DNA of 32,602 bases, taken from the IMG/VR virus record IMGVR_UViG_2698536533_000006; one strand, given 5' to 3'. Below the pieces are notes generated by a model. The model made no database searches and had not been told where the DNA came from. It worked only from the letters and a program-made list of their open reading frames with translations. Below are positions 1 to 8,637 of the stretch, piece by piece (within the stretch, counting starts at the first letter, position 1; each line of letters starts with the position of its first letter). The position numbers and the translations under genes were made by a program. Source of the DNA: a virus. Its lineage: Duplodnaviria; Heunggongvirae; Uroviricota; Caudoviricetes.

Positions 1-1
1 G

Positions 2-199
2 CTATTACCTTCTTCAGAGAGCCCCCAGCTACTTCCTGTGACTCTCGATGCAGCTGCCGAACAGCCAGAATCGCTCGCAGAGGACCCGAAAACCCTCAGT
101 ATCAGCTGTGAGGTAACGTTCCGGCACGGGACGCTCCGCTTCAATGGCAATGTCAGCGAAAAGCTCCTGACTCTGCTGATACAGGAACTGAAGCGATGA
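2..199 (+). CDS. IS66-family TnpA (orf1), C-terminal fragment cut by window start
   Basis: Open frame from base 2 to TGA at 197-199 (tail ...VSEKLLTLLIQELKR); stop overlaps the next ATG in ATGA, the usual IS66 orf1/orf2 junction. Confidence 0.55.
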   Translation, partial: LLPSSESPQLLPVTLDAAAEQPESLAEDPKTLSISCEVTFRHGTLRFNGNVSEKLLTLLIQELKR

Positions 200-519
200 T
201 CCCGTTACCTTCCGGGATCAAAATTTGGCTGGTTGCCGGTATCACCGATATGAGAAATGGCTTCAACGGCCTGGCTGCGAAAGTACAGACGGCGCTGAAA
301 GACGATCCCATGTCCGGCCATGTTTTCATTTTCCGGGGCCGCAGCGGCAGTCAGGTTAAACTGCTGTGGTCCACCAGTGACGGACTGTGCCTCCTGACCA
401 AACGGCTGGAGCGTGGGCGCTTCGCCTGGCCGTCAGCCCGTGATGGCAAAGTGTTCCTTACACAGGCGCAGCTGGCGATGCTGCTGGAAGGTATCGACTG
501 GCGACATATAACCAGGTGA
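196..519 (+). CDS. tnpB: IS66-family accessory protein TnpB (orf2)
   Basis: 107 aa beginning MIPLPSGIKIWLVAGITDMRNGFNGLAAKVQ...FIFRGRSG...LLW, recognisable as IS66 orf2. No tnpC follows; the last codons may be phage-derived. Confidence 0.85.
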   Translation: MIPLPSGIKIWLVAGITDMRNGFNGLAAKVQTALKDDPMSGHVFIFRGRSGSQVKLLWSTSDGLCLLTKRLERGRFAWPSARDGKVFLTQAQLAMLLEGIDWRHITR

Positions 520-520
520 A

Positions 521-680
521 TCATTTGATACCGACAAGGGGTTTAGTGAAAGGAGGTGAAATCACCTGTAAGATACTGAAATAAAACAGGTGATGGCTAG
601 ATGTGCGGATAAGGTCTATTTGATACCGATTGTGCAATAATTAGTCATTTATTATAAAATCGGCAACTCATTTGATACTG
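521..680. repeat. Three direct repeats of a 13-bp motif at the prophage left end; candidate transposase binding sites
   Basis: TCATTTGATACCG at 521-533, CTATTTGATACCG at 616-628, TCATTTGATACTG at 668-680, all in the same orientation within 170 bp of the junction. Confidence 0.5.
555..592. promoter_or_regulatory. Overlapping palindromes between end repeats 1 and 2; candidate protein-binding site
   Basis: GGTGAAATCACC perfect palindrome at 555-566 and CACCTGT(16 nt)ACAGGTG inverted repeat at 563-592. Confidence 0.3.
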
Positions 681-733
681 TGGTTTTAGTCTTTTAAGGC
701 GTTCCAAACAATGCGAAATACTCGATATAGTGC

Positions 734-765
734 AAAATGCGGGCTAATGCTATTAACCCGCTTTT
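734..765. terminator. Bidirectional intrinsic terminator-like hairpin at the 3' end of the repressor gene
   Basis: AAAA, GCGGG (739-743), 13-nt loop, CCCGC (757-761), TTTT; it overlaps the repressor stop codon (753-755). Confidence 0.4.
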
Positions 766-1298
766 GGTTCTACCGCGTTAGATTTGCGACTTCTCTCAGT
801 TTCTTCCAAAATCTCTCTGACGCGTTCGTCAGACATACCTTCAAGCTGTAATGCAGCTATTCTTTTCCTTCCTTCTAAGCGGATTAGATCTTGATTTTCA
901 GGCTCTAACAACCGAGCTAAGTACTTGGCTCCATTCAGAACCAAATTTTTCGATAGCTGCTCTAAGTCTTTTTCATCAAGTGCGCTGATAATCGTCATAA
1001 TTATCTTCTTGCTTTCATCTTGATTTTCCTTGATCTCACACCGATTCACTTGTGATGCATCACTGAATCCACATAGCCACTCAACACTTACTCCTTCGAT
1101 AGACGCAATCTGAAGGGCGACACTTAAGGATGGCTCAGTGCCACGAGACAGATAATTGTTTAGTGTTGAAAATGAAAGCCCCCAATCTCTTGCTGCAGCT
1201 CTGACGCTGCGGGAGCCAATCAGCCTTTTCAGACGCTCAGCAATGCTTTCTTTTCTACCACCAGGAAAAGAAAGAGATGTTGTTGTTTGCTTGTTCAT
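753..1298 (-). CDS. Prophage repressor, XRE/CI-type helix-turn-helix
   Basis: 181 aa, leftward and divergent from the early operon as for Mu c; HTH-like segment WGLSFSTLNNYLSRGTEPSLSVALQIASIEGVSVEWL; RBS GGAAGAAAAG upstream of the ATG. Confidence 0.75.
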   Translation of the reverse strand: MNKQTTTSLSFPGGRKESIAERLKRLIGSRSVRAAARDWGLSFSTLNNYLSRGTEPSLSVALQIASIEGVSVEWLCGFSDASQVNRCEIKENQDESKKIIMTIISALDEKDLEQLSKNLVLNGAKYLARLLEPENQDLIRLEGRKRIAALQLEGMSDERVREILEETERSRKSNAVEPKAG

Positions 1299-1457
1299 TT
1301 TCTTTTCTTCCTATCAATTTGAAATTATTNNNNNNNNNNNNNNNNNNNNNNNNNNNNNNNNNNNNNNNNNNNNNNNNNNNNNNNNNNNNNNNNNNNNNNN
1401 NNNNNNNNNNNNNNNNNNNNNNNNNNNNNNNNNNNNNNNNNNNNNNNNNNNNNNNNN

Positions 1458-1593
1458 AGCTGGCGTGGGTCAGAACAATCTGTACAACGCGGTATACCGC
1501 CATGTTCCCAAGTATGAGGGGATTATCGCGGAATGCCTGGGGGTGCCGCCCGAGGAGATTTGGCCCAGCCGCTACATTCGTAAGGTCGCGTAA
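1458..1593 (+). CDS. ner: Ner-like DNA-binding protein, C-terminal part (start lies in N run 1330-1457)
   Basis: Visible tail ...NAVYRHVPKYEGIIAECLGVPPEEIWPSRYIRKVA resembles the Mu Ner C-terminus (EVIWPSRY); sits directly upstream of the transposase. Confidence 0.7.
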
Positions 1594-1595
1594 TT

Positions 1596-3683
1596 ATGTT
1601 TGCTTCAGTTAAAGAACTGGTTGGATTACCGGGGATGCCGGGAACGGAGCAAGGCGTTCGCTATTCAATCAGGAAGTATGCAACCAGCGAAACCAGCAGA
1701 CGCCGCAAGAAAGGCGCTAAAGGTTTTGAATACAGCATTGACTGTTTACCTGAAGTGACACAGCAGGCATTACGCGAACGTTATGCCCTGCAACTGATGA
1801 CGCAAAAAGCCGATGAATCACCGGCTCCGGTGGTGACAAAGGCCAGACGCTCGTCTGCCGTGGTTGATGCGGTGGAGGCATATCGCGGATCACCACAACT
1901 GATGGTCGAACGCCTCAATGCCCTGACTGAAAACCAGCGCCAGGTGGCAGACGCACGCATTGCGATCGTCAGTGAGGTGCTGAAATTCACGCAACAACCC
2001 GGTTTCAGCTGCGCTAAAGCTATCCGGTTCCTCGTTAACAGCCTGGCACGATCACAACTGGACGAGCGCATTGTGGCAATGGTTGAGACGGCGAACGCCA
2101 AAAAGGGAAACAGCCGCGCGTTGAGTGAAATCACGCTGAAACGCTGGATTGCGGCCTTTAACAAGGCACAGAACGCCGCTGAACGCCTGCTTTTACTGGC
2201 ACCGGGTAAACGCCAGGAAATAAAAGCCGAAGATATTAACTGGCTGCCCGAATTTCTGGCGCAGTATCGCCAGTCAAACGGCCGACCAATGACCGAGGCT
2301 TACGAGGATTTTGTTGCTGAATGGCAGCACCGGCACGCTGATGAGCCTTATATGCTCGATATCATGCCCTCTTATGACACCATTCGCCGCGCAATGAAGA
2401 AACTGCCGGAAGTGGTGAAACAAAAAGGCCGGGTAACTGGCAGTGAATACCGTCAGCTTGAGGGATTCACGCGCCGCGACTGGTCCAGAATGCCGGTGAA
2501 TTATGTCTGGATTGGTGACGGTCACGGCATGAAGCTGAAATGCGCGCACCCGGTTCACGGGCGGCCATTCGCACCGGAAGTGACCTTTGTTATCGACGGT
2601 GGCACGCGCTTTGTGGTGGGCTGGAGCCTTGACCTGGCTGAAAATGTTTTCGCCGTAGCCGGTGCCATACAGCACGGTATTCGCCATCATGGCAAACCGT
2701 TTCTGTATTACTCGGATAATGGCTCCGGGGAAACCGCCGACGTCCTGGATAAGGAGATTGTGGGGATACTGCCACGACTGGGGATTAATCACCCGACAGG
2801 GATTGCCGGTAATCCGCAGGGACGGGGCATTATCGAACGGCTTAACCGCACATTACCGATGCGCATAGCCCGTAAATACCGCACCTATTTCGGGAAAGGA
2901 GCAGATCGCGAGACGTTACGTAAAACCAACCGCGATTTACGCTCGGCATTCAGTGCCCTGCAACAGGGCAAACGGCTGAACGCCCGGCAGCAGTCAGCGA
3001 TGCGTGATTTACCGTCCTGGTCTGAACTGATTGATGCCATTCGTGACGGTGTTGAGTGGTACAACAACCGGCCGCACGATGAATTACCCATGAAGCCGAA
3101 CGGTAAACATTACAGCCCGGCGGAGTTCAGAAAAAAACGCCTGGCGGAAGAGGACACGGAAATTGAATGGCTGTCCGATGTTGAACTGCGGGATATGTTC
3201 CGGCCGATGGTGGAGCGCCCTGTAAGACGCTGTGAAATACGCTGGCTGAATAATATTTACTACGCGCCCGAGCTGCGTGACGAGCATGGCCGTAAGGTAC
3301 TTATCAGCTATGACATTCATGATGCCGAACGAATTACCGTGCGCCGCCCGGATGGCAGCGTGATTTGCGAGGCGGTATGGGACGGCAATAAACGCGAAGC
3401 CTTCCCTGTCAGCGCGGAATACTACAAACAGCAGCAGCGCCTTAAAGGCATGCGTAAACGCGCAGAGGAAAAAATCCGTGATGCCGAGGATGAGGTTGTC
3501 AACGTGCTGGAGCACAAGCCGCAGGAGCCCTGGCTGGAAAACATATACCGCCCTGTGGGTAATACGGTGACCGTTCAGCAACCGGTCGCTGACGATGAAC
3601 CTGATGAAGAATACGAGCGTAATTTCCAGCGGGGATTGCAACTGCTCGAAGCGAAATTAAAAGAAAGTGATCCGCTGGCCTGA
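1596..3683 (+). CDS. MuA-like DDE transposase
   Basis: 695 aa; N-terminus (SVKELVGLPGMPGTEQGVRYSIRKYA...KGAKGFEYSIDCLPEVTQQAL) resembles the MuA DNA-binding domain; size and position after ner match Mu A. Confidence 0.9.
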   Translation: MFASVKELVGLPGMPGTEQGVRYSIRKYATSETSRRRKKGAKGFEYSIDCLPEVTQQALRERYALQLMTQKADESPAPVVTKARRSSAVVDAVEAYRGSPQLMVERLNALTENQRQVADARIAIVSEVLKFTQQPGFSCAKAIRFLVNSLARSQLDERIVAMVETANAKKGNSRALSEITLKRWIAAFNKAQNAAERLLLLAPGKRQEIKAEDINWLPEFLAQYRQSNGRPMTEAYEDFVAEWQHRHADEPYMLDIMPSYDTIRRAMKKLPEVVKQKGRVTGSEYRQLEGFTRRDWSRMPVNYVWIGDGHGMKLKCAHPVHGRPFAPEVTFVIDGGTRFVVGWSLDLAENVFAVAGAIQHGIRHHGKPFLYYSDNGSGETADVLDKEIVGILPRLGINHPTGIAGNPQGRGIIERLNRTLPMRIARKYRTYFGKGADRETLRKTNRDLRSAFSALQQGKRLNARQQSAMRDLPSWSELIDAIRDGVEWYNNRPHDELPMKPNGKHYSPAEFRKKRLAEEDTEIEWLSDVELRDMFRPMVERPVRRCEIRWLNNIYYAPELRDEHGRKVLISYDIHDAERITVRRPDGSVICEAVWDGNKREAFPVSAEYYKQQQRLKGMRKRAEEKIRDAEDEVVNVLEHKPQEPWLENIYRPVGNTVTVQQPVADDEPDEEYERNFQRGLQLLEAKLKESDPLA

Positions 3684-3988
3684 AATAAAAAAATAACCCG
3701 AGGGGTGACTCAGGTTATTTGAGGTTTCAGTCTCNNNNNNNNNNNNNNNNNNNNNNNNNNNNNNNNNNNNNNNNNNNNNNNNNNNNNNNNNNNNNNNNNN
3801 NNNNNNNNNNNNNNNNNNNNNNNNNNNNNNNNNNNNNNNNNNNNNNNNNNNNNNNNNNNNNNNNNNNNNNNNNNNNNNNNNNNNNNNNNNNNNNNNNNNN
3901 NNNNNNNNNNNNNNNNNNNNNNNNNNNNNNNNNNNNNNNNNNNNNNNNNNNNNNNNNNNNNNNNNNNNNNNNNNNNNNNNNNNNNNNN

Positions 3989-4705
3989 CAGTTTGTGGAA
4001 ACTCAGACAGTCCAGGAGCTGCGCGCACTGTTTCAGGCGGTTCGCCTGATGGGCTGTATTAACGTTATTGTGGGCGTACCGGGTGTGGGTAAAACGGCCA
4101 CTGCCCGTAATTACTGCCAGGAGCAACCAAACACCTGGATGATCACCCTGTCACCCGCGCACTCCAGCGTCACGGAGTGTCTGCTGGAGCTGGCCGATGC
4201 GCTGGGGATTGATTACACCCGCGCGAACAAAGGGGCATTATCCCGCGCCATCCGCCGTCGCCTGATGGGAACGCGTGGACTGGTGATTGTGGATGAGGCG
4301 GATCATCTTGGTATTGACGGTCTGGAGCAACTCCGGGCAATTCAGGACGCCACGGGGATCGGGATGGTGCTTATTGGTAACCCGCGCGGATTGTTTAAAG
4401 GTGGACGCCGCGCCTTTGATGATTTATCGCGCCTGTTCAGCCGTCTTGCCCGTACAAAACAACTTCGCAAGGCCAAAAAGGCGGATGTGCTGGCCATTGC
4501 CATGGCGTGGGGGATCAGTGGTGAGGCCGAGCTGGCCGTCATGCAGGCTATCGCTGAAAAGCCGGGAGCGTTACGCGTTCTGACACATACGCTTAACCAG
4601 GCGTGGCTCACCGCCAGCGGTGAAGGCGCGGCGCTGACAGAAAAACATATTAATGCGGCCTTTAAAGAGGTTTATACCAACCCTGAATTACTCTCACAGG
4701 TGTGA
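3989..4705 (+). CDS. MuB-like transposition ATPase, start hidden in N run 3735-3988
   Basis: Walker A motif GVPGVGKT and Walker B-like VIVDEADHL; directly downstream of the transposase. True start is somewhere between about 3720 and 3988. Confidence 0.85.
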   Translation, partial: QFVETQTVQELRALFQAVRLMGCINVIVGVPGVGKTATARNYCQEQPNTWMITLSPAHSSVTECLLELADALGIDYTRANKGALSRAIRRRLMGTRGLVIVDEADHLGIDGLEQLRAIQDATGIGMVLIGNPRGLFKGGRRAFDDLSRLFSRLARTKQLRKAKKADVLAIAMAWGISGEAELAVMQAIAEKPGALRVLTHTLNQAWLTASGEGAALTEKHINAAFKEVYTNPELLSQV

Positions 4706-4929
4706 TTATGGCGGTATTTAATATTCCTGATATTTACGGACGCTTTTACCTGGTTAATTTCGATAACGTGAAGGTGATTTCACTGGCCGAAAATAAAGAA
4801 TGTGGCGATTTACTTTTTGAATTTAATGACCGCACACGAATGGTGATATCTGCCGGACTTGATCGCGAAGGTGCGACAGAAGTTTACAGCGGAATATGCC
4901 GTTCTGTTGGTGCGAAACAAGTCAGCTAA
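4702..4929 (+). CDS. Small early protein (75 aa), in the position of Mu kil
   Basis: ATG overlaps the B stop (ATGA); no recognisable motif. The kil assignment is by position only. Confidence 0.45.
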   Translation: MIMAVFNIPDIYGRFYLVNFDNVKVISLAENKECGDLLFEFNDRTRMVISAGLDREGATEVYSGICRSVGAKQVS

Positions 4930-4941
4930 ATGAGGTGTTAT

Positions 4942-5196
4942 ATGAATATGCAATCCTGCGGTAACAAAATGAATTTATTCGACTCCCTGAACAGCGCGCG
5001 CCGTCTGACCGAACTTGCCGGTGCGGTACTGGAACGCAGTAAGCGCTATCCGCAACGTTTTGCACTGAAAACCACGCCGCCGGTAGGCAACGTGCAGGGA
5101 ACCGGTGAAATTGAAATCACCATACAGACCAACGGCCTGCGCCGCCGTGTGAAGGCCACCCGCATCAGCGGCTGCACGGTTTACTGGGAGGTGTGA
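4942..5196 (+). CDS. Small early hypothetical protein
   Basis: ORF with GAGGTG RBS 4 nt upstream of the ATG at 4942 (the in-frame ATG at 4930 is an alternative); translationally coupled to neighbours. Confidence 0.45.
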   Translation: MNMQSCGNKMNLFDSLNSARRLTELAGAVLERSKRYPQRFALKTTPPVGNVQGTGEIEITIQTNGLRRRVKATRISGCTVYWEV

Positions 5197-5197
5197 G

Positions 5198-5479
5198 GTG
5201 AAAAAAAATCTCATTGCATGGGCGTGGTCGAGTGGTCTTATTGAGTTTGGTTACGTCCTGCCGGAAGGTGCATTGCCGATAGTTGCCGGAAAGCCTGCCA
5301 CGGTACGGCATGTGATTGAGGTTATGGCGCGTCATGGACGTGATGAACAGGAGCAGTTACTGGTTCCGGGGATACCGGAAGCGGTGACGGAGGAAGAAGC
5401 CTTTAATGCCATGATTCGGTTCTGCCGTGAGGTTAGACGCCGGGTCAGTTATCCAAACAGAACGAGGACCAGAGGATGA
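5198..5479 (+). CDS. Small early hypothetical protein (93 aa, GTG start)
   Basis: GTG start 1 nt after the previous stop, preceded by GGGAGGTG. Confidence 0.45.
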   Translation: MKKNLIAWAWSSGLIEFGYVLPEGALPIVAGKPATVRHVIEVMARHGRDEQEQLLVPGIPEAVTEEEAFNAMIRFCREVRRRVSYPNRTRTRG

Positions 5480-5748
5480 GTAAAGTCGTACGCATTATTT
5501 TCGAATACAAGGAAGATGTTATCTGCAAAAACTCTGATGGCAGCACGCACAGAGGGGTAAGTCTGGATATACGTTCAACCGGAATAAAGAAGAAAGATAA
5601 TGGACCCGCCATGATTTTTGGGGTGGTTATGCTGGCAGAAAGCAGAAACTTCGCAGAGTTTGTGGCAATGAAAGCCAGTGCATTCATGAAAGACAGAGGC
5701 ATGGCTTCCGGGGTTATTAACGGTAATGAATTTAATCAACAGGGGTAA
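5476..5748 (+). CDS. Small early hypothetical protein, paralog A (MSKVVRIIFEY...)
   Basis: ATG overlaps the upstream stop; N-terminus and an AEF-x-A-x-x-AS-F segment are shared with the next gene. Confidence 0.5.
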   Translation: MSKVVRIIFEYKEDVICKNSDGSTHRGVSLDIRSTGIKKKDNGPAMIFGVVMLAESRNFAEFVAMKASAFMKDRGMASGVINGNEFNQQG

Positions 5749-5752
5749 TTCC

Positions 5753-6046
5753 ATGAGCAAAGTACGCGTTATTTTTGAATTTAATCATGTTTCGCATGAC
5801 GAAAAGTTGGCAGGCAATGACTGTGTTGAAGTGCATGAAAAGATTGGAGTGGATGTGAAAACAGAACGTGATACGGATAACAGGCCGACGTCACTCTGTG
5901 ACGTTTATGCAAGTATTCTCCAGTATCACAGTCCTGCAATTATTCAGTTTCTCTCAGCGGAATTTCAGGCATCTGCACAGTCTTTTGGAGCGGATGCCAT
6001 CATTAAACGCCACCGCGTGCATAAAGCATCAGGCACACTGCAATAA
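5753..6046 (+). CDS. Small early hypothetical protein, paralog B (MSKVRVIFEF...)
   Basis: ATG at 5753 with AGGGG RBS; N-terminal similarity to the 5476 gene. Confidence 0.5.
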   Translation: MSKVRVIFEFNHVSHDEKLAGNDCVEVHEKIGVDVKTERDTDNRPTSLCDVYASILQYHSPAIIQFLSAEFQASAQSFGADAIIKRHRVHKASGTLQ

Positions 6047-6057
6047 GGAAAAACAAA

Positions 6058-6588
6058 ATGGCTAAACGCGTTACAAAATTAAAGGCCGCAGCCGAGGCGG
6101 CACCGCAGACCCGGGAAGAAGTCAGCCGTGATATCCGCACCCTGGGAGATATTCAGCGAGAGGCGCTGCGCCTGGAAACGGCGATGAATGACGAAGTGGC
6201 AGAAATCACCGCCCGTTATACGCCGCAGATTGAAAATCTTAAAAAGCAAATCAAAGTGCTTTTTAAAGGGATTCAGGACTGGTGCAAAACCAACCGTGAT
6301 GAGCTGACGAACGGCGGCAAAACCAAAACAGCCAATCTGACCACCGGAACGGTGTCATGGCGGCTGGGAACGCCATCATGCAGCGTCAGCCGTGATGTGG
6401 AAGGTGTGATTGAAATGCTGCGCCGTATGGGGCTTGAGCGTTTCATCCGCACGAAAGAGGAAGTGAACAAGGAAGCCGTCCTGGCGGAGCCGGATGCTGT
6501 GAAAGGCATTGCCGGTATCAAGGTGAATAAAGGCGCTGAAAGTTTTTATGTCGAGCCTTTTGAACAGGACGCCGGACTGAATAAATAA
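6058..6588 (+). CDS. gam: Gam-like host nuclease inhibitor (Mu Gam family)
   Basis: 176 aa; extended similarity to Mu Gam (MAKRVTKLKAAAEAAPQTREEV...LGDIQREALRLETAMNDEVAEIT...NGGKTKTANLTTGTVSWR...FIRTKEEVNKEAVLAEP...EPFEQDAG). Confidence 0.9.
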   Translation: MAKRVTKLKAAAEAAPQTREEVSRDIRTLGDIQREALRLETAMNDEVAEITARYTPQIENLKKQIKVLFKGIQDWCKTNRDELTNGGKTKTANLTTGTVSWRLGTPSCSVSRDVEGVIEMLRRMGLERFIRTKEEVNKEAVLAEPDAVKGIAGIKVNKGAESFYVEPFEQDAGLNK

Positions 6589-6733
6589 CACCGCATTAAT
6601 CAATTAAATATCACTTCATTTTAATTATGGCGCTCGCGTCAGGGGACTGCTTGCGCCTGAAAACAGAAAATAAGGGTTAAGAAATATGAAATACGTTTAT
6701 ATCGTCATTAATAATGTGGTGGGGAAATAAATC

Positions 6734-6914
6734 ATGATTGATGCAAAAGTGCTTGAAGGGGTTAAAAACTGGCTGTGTATTTATGGCCGCCTGACCTGCG
6801 GTGTACTGGCTGAAAAAATGAATATGCCGCCATCCTCCATGGTTTATTTTCTGCGTGATGCGGTTGATGCAGGCGTGCTGACGGAATGTAACGGTTTTTA
6901 TGATATTCCGCGTC
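6734..6914 (+). CDS. Hypothetical protein, N-terminal part (runs into N run 6915-7209)
   Basis: ORF beginning MIDAKVLEGVKNWL... with RBS GGTGGGGAAA; the C-terminus is not visible. Confidence 0.4.
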
Positions 6915-7238
6915 NNNNNNNNNNNNNNNNNNNNNNNNNNNNNNNNNNNNNNNNNNNNNNNNNNNNNNNNNNNNNNNNNNNNNNNNNNNNNNNNNNNNNN
7001 NNNNNNNNNNNNNNNNNNNNNNNNNNNNNNNNNNNNNNNNNNNNNNNNNNNNNNNNNNNNNNNNNNNNNNNNNNNNNNNNNNNNNNNNNNNNNNNNNNNN
7101 NNNNNNNNNNNNNNNNNNNNNNNNNNNNNNNNNNNNNNNNNNNNNNNNNNNNNNNNNNNNNNNNNNNNNNNNNNNNNNNNNNNNNNNNNNNNNNNNNNNN
7201 NNNNNNNNNCTGCCGGGATATCTGCGGAGGTGGCGTAA

Positions 7239-7753
7239 TGTTCTTTAAAACATCAAACCCTTCCGCGCTGGCTGCGTGGCAAAAATACCAGCAGGACTGC
7301 CAGAAAGTTAAGGATGAGGCAAAACGCCTTGAGGCCGTGCTGAATGTTGCGTGCCGGTCGGTATTTGTATCCGGTATCAGTGGATTTTACTTTAAGGGAC
7401 TGCGTTTTACGGAGGACAAATATCCTTTTCATCGCGACTTATGGCGAAAACCGACTGCGTCGAATGGCTGGAGCTGCACACCGCGCACATCACGTATCCC
7501 TAAAACCCTGCGTGTTGCCTCTGATGAACTGAACAGTCTGTGGCGTGAATATTCGCCCGTCACGTATGCCAGAACCGATGCGCTGTTGTTCTGGTTGGGT
7601 ATTGATTTCTCGGCAATCCTGTTTGGCCCTGTGAAGTGGTTCTGCGTTGACGATGTGATTTACCTTCAGTGCGGCGTAAAACCCGCAAAACAGAAAATGA
7701 CCGAAATACTGTCTGATGAGTTTTATGCTGCTGAAAAGCGAGTCAGGGGGTGA
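7239..7753 (+). CDS. Hypothetical early protein (171 aa)
   Basis: ATG at 7239 preceded by GGAGGTGG; an upstream frame ends with TAA at 7236-7238 (TAATG coupling). Confidence 0.5.
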
Positions 7754-7756
7754 TGC

Positions 7757-8308
7757 ATGATGAAATTACAACCCATGGGACTAAAAGGTCGCGCCCCCGC
7801 TCATGTCCGTCCGTGGACACCTGAAGAAGATGCGCTGCTGATTGCGCTTTATTCATCCACCCCGGTTAAGGATATTGCTGCCAGAATAAAAAGAACTGTC
7901 TGGGCTGTATATAACCGGACTGGTGTATTGCGCAGTTCATACCCGGAGTTACTGAAATATAAACACCCAAGATTTACACCTGATGAAGATAAGTTTATTC
8001 GAAAAAATGCCAGAACAATGACCTGCCAGCAAATGGGAGAATATCTCGGACGTAATAAAGATTCTGTCAGATGTCGGGCAGGAATGATTGGTGCTGGATT
8101 AACAAAGTGCGGAGAGTTACGCCCCGGCACGCGCATATCTGATGATGATGTACGTCTTATACGTGAGCTGCGTGATTCCGATTACCCACGCCGTCTGTCA
8201 TTCCGGGAAATTGGCGAAAAGTTTGGAATATCTGAACATTCTGCTCACGCAGTTTATTACCGTCGCCGGACTGCCGAGGACGCTGTATTACGGGAGTTAA
8301 CGCCATGA
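7757..8308 (+). CDS. Hypothetical DNA-binding protein with three internal HTH-like repeats
   Basis: 183 aa with three similar segments: WTPEEDALLIALY..., FTPDEDKFIRKNA..., ISDDDVRLIRELR...; lower GC than the phage average. Confidence 0.5.
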   Translation: MMKLQPMGLKGRAPAHVRPWTPEEDALLIALYSSTPVKDIAARIKRTVWAVYNRTGVLRSSYPELLKYKHPRFTPDEDKFIRKNARTMTCQQMGEYLGRNKDSVRCRAGMIGAGLTKCGELRPGTRISDDDVRLIRELRDSDYPRRLSFREIGEKFGISEHSAHAVYYRRRTAEDAVLRELTP

Positions 8309-8637
8309 TAACGACCTTATTTGTTGAATCAGATGAACCTCTTGTGTGTGCCGCCGGAATGCCGCTCTGTGGCGGAACGCTGACCGGCGTTTATTTCGGG
8401 GATTTGCGCGGTTATCCCTGGCATTCACTGGATGACGCATTTCCGCCTGATATGGAGGCTGTCGTGCTGATTGTTCAGTATGGTGACCAACAGGAACTGC
8501 GCATCGGCCATATGGGGTATGAAGGCTTTTTTATTGATGAAGAAACCGGAGCCTGCCTTGAAGATGAGGACGGACAGGTGACGCACTGGTGCCATCTTTC
8601 GGCCTTGCCGGAATTACAGGGGATACATAATGGATGA
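8305..8637 (+). CDS. Hypothetical phage protein, DUF551-like C-terminus
   Basis: 110 aa; C-terminal VTHWCHLSALPE resembles the DUF551 signature as I recall it. Confidence 0.5.
   Translation: MITTLFVESDEPLVCAAGMPLCGGTLTGVYFGDLRGYPWHSLDDAFPPDMEAVVLIVQYGDQQELRIGHMGYEGFFIDEETGACLEDEDGQVTHWCHLSALPELQGIHNG

Larger units (their letters stand above)
1..519 (+). mobile_element. IS66-family insertion sequence, tnpA-tnpB part only, interrupted by prophage insertion
   Basis: tnpA tail and tnpB present; the expected tnpC transposase is replaced by phage end repeats from about base 520. Confidence 0.6.

Noticed and set aside
1156-1612. ORF-track entries 1156..1593, 1255..1503 and 1277..1612, and analogous entries spanning other N runs
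   Set aside because: They exist only because N codons are translated as X; the sequence inside the gaps is unknown. Only the visible Ner-like C-terminal part (1458..1593) is reported.
6686-6730. 14-codon ORF (MKYVYIVINNVVGK) in the spacer after gam
   Set aside because: Too short and without a supporting RBS or any conservation evidence; cannot be supported from sequence alone.
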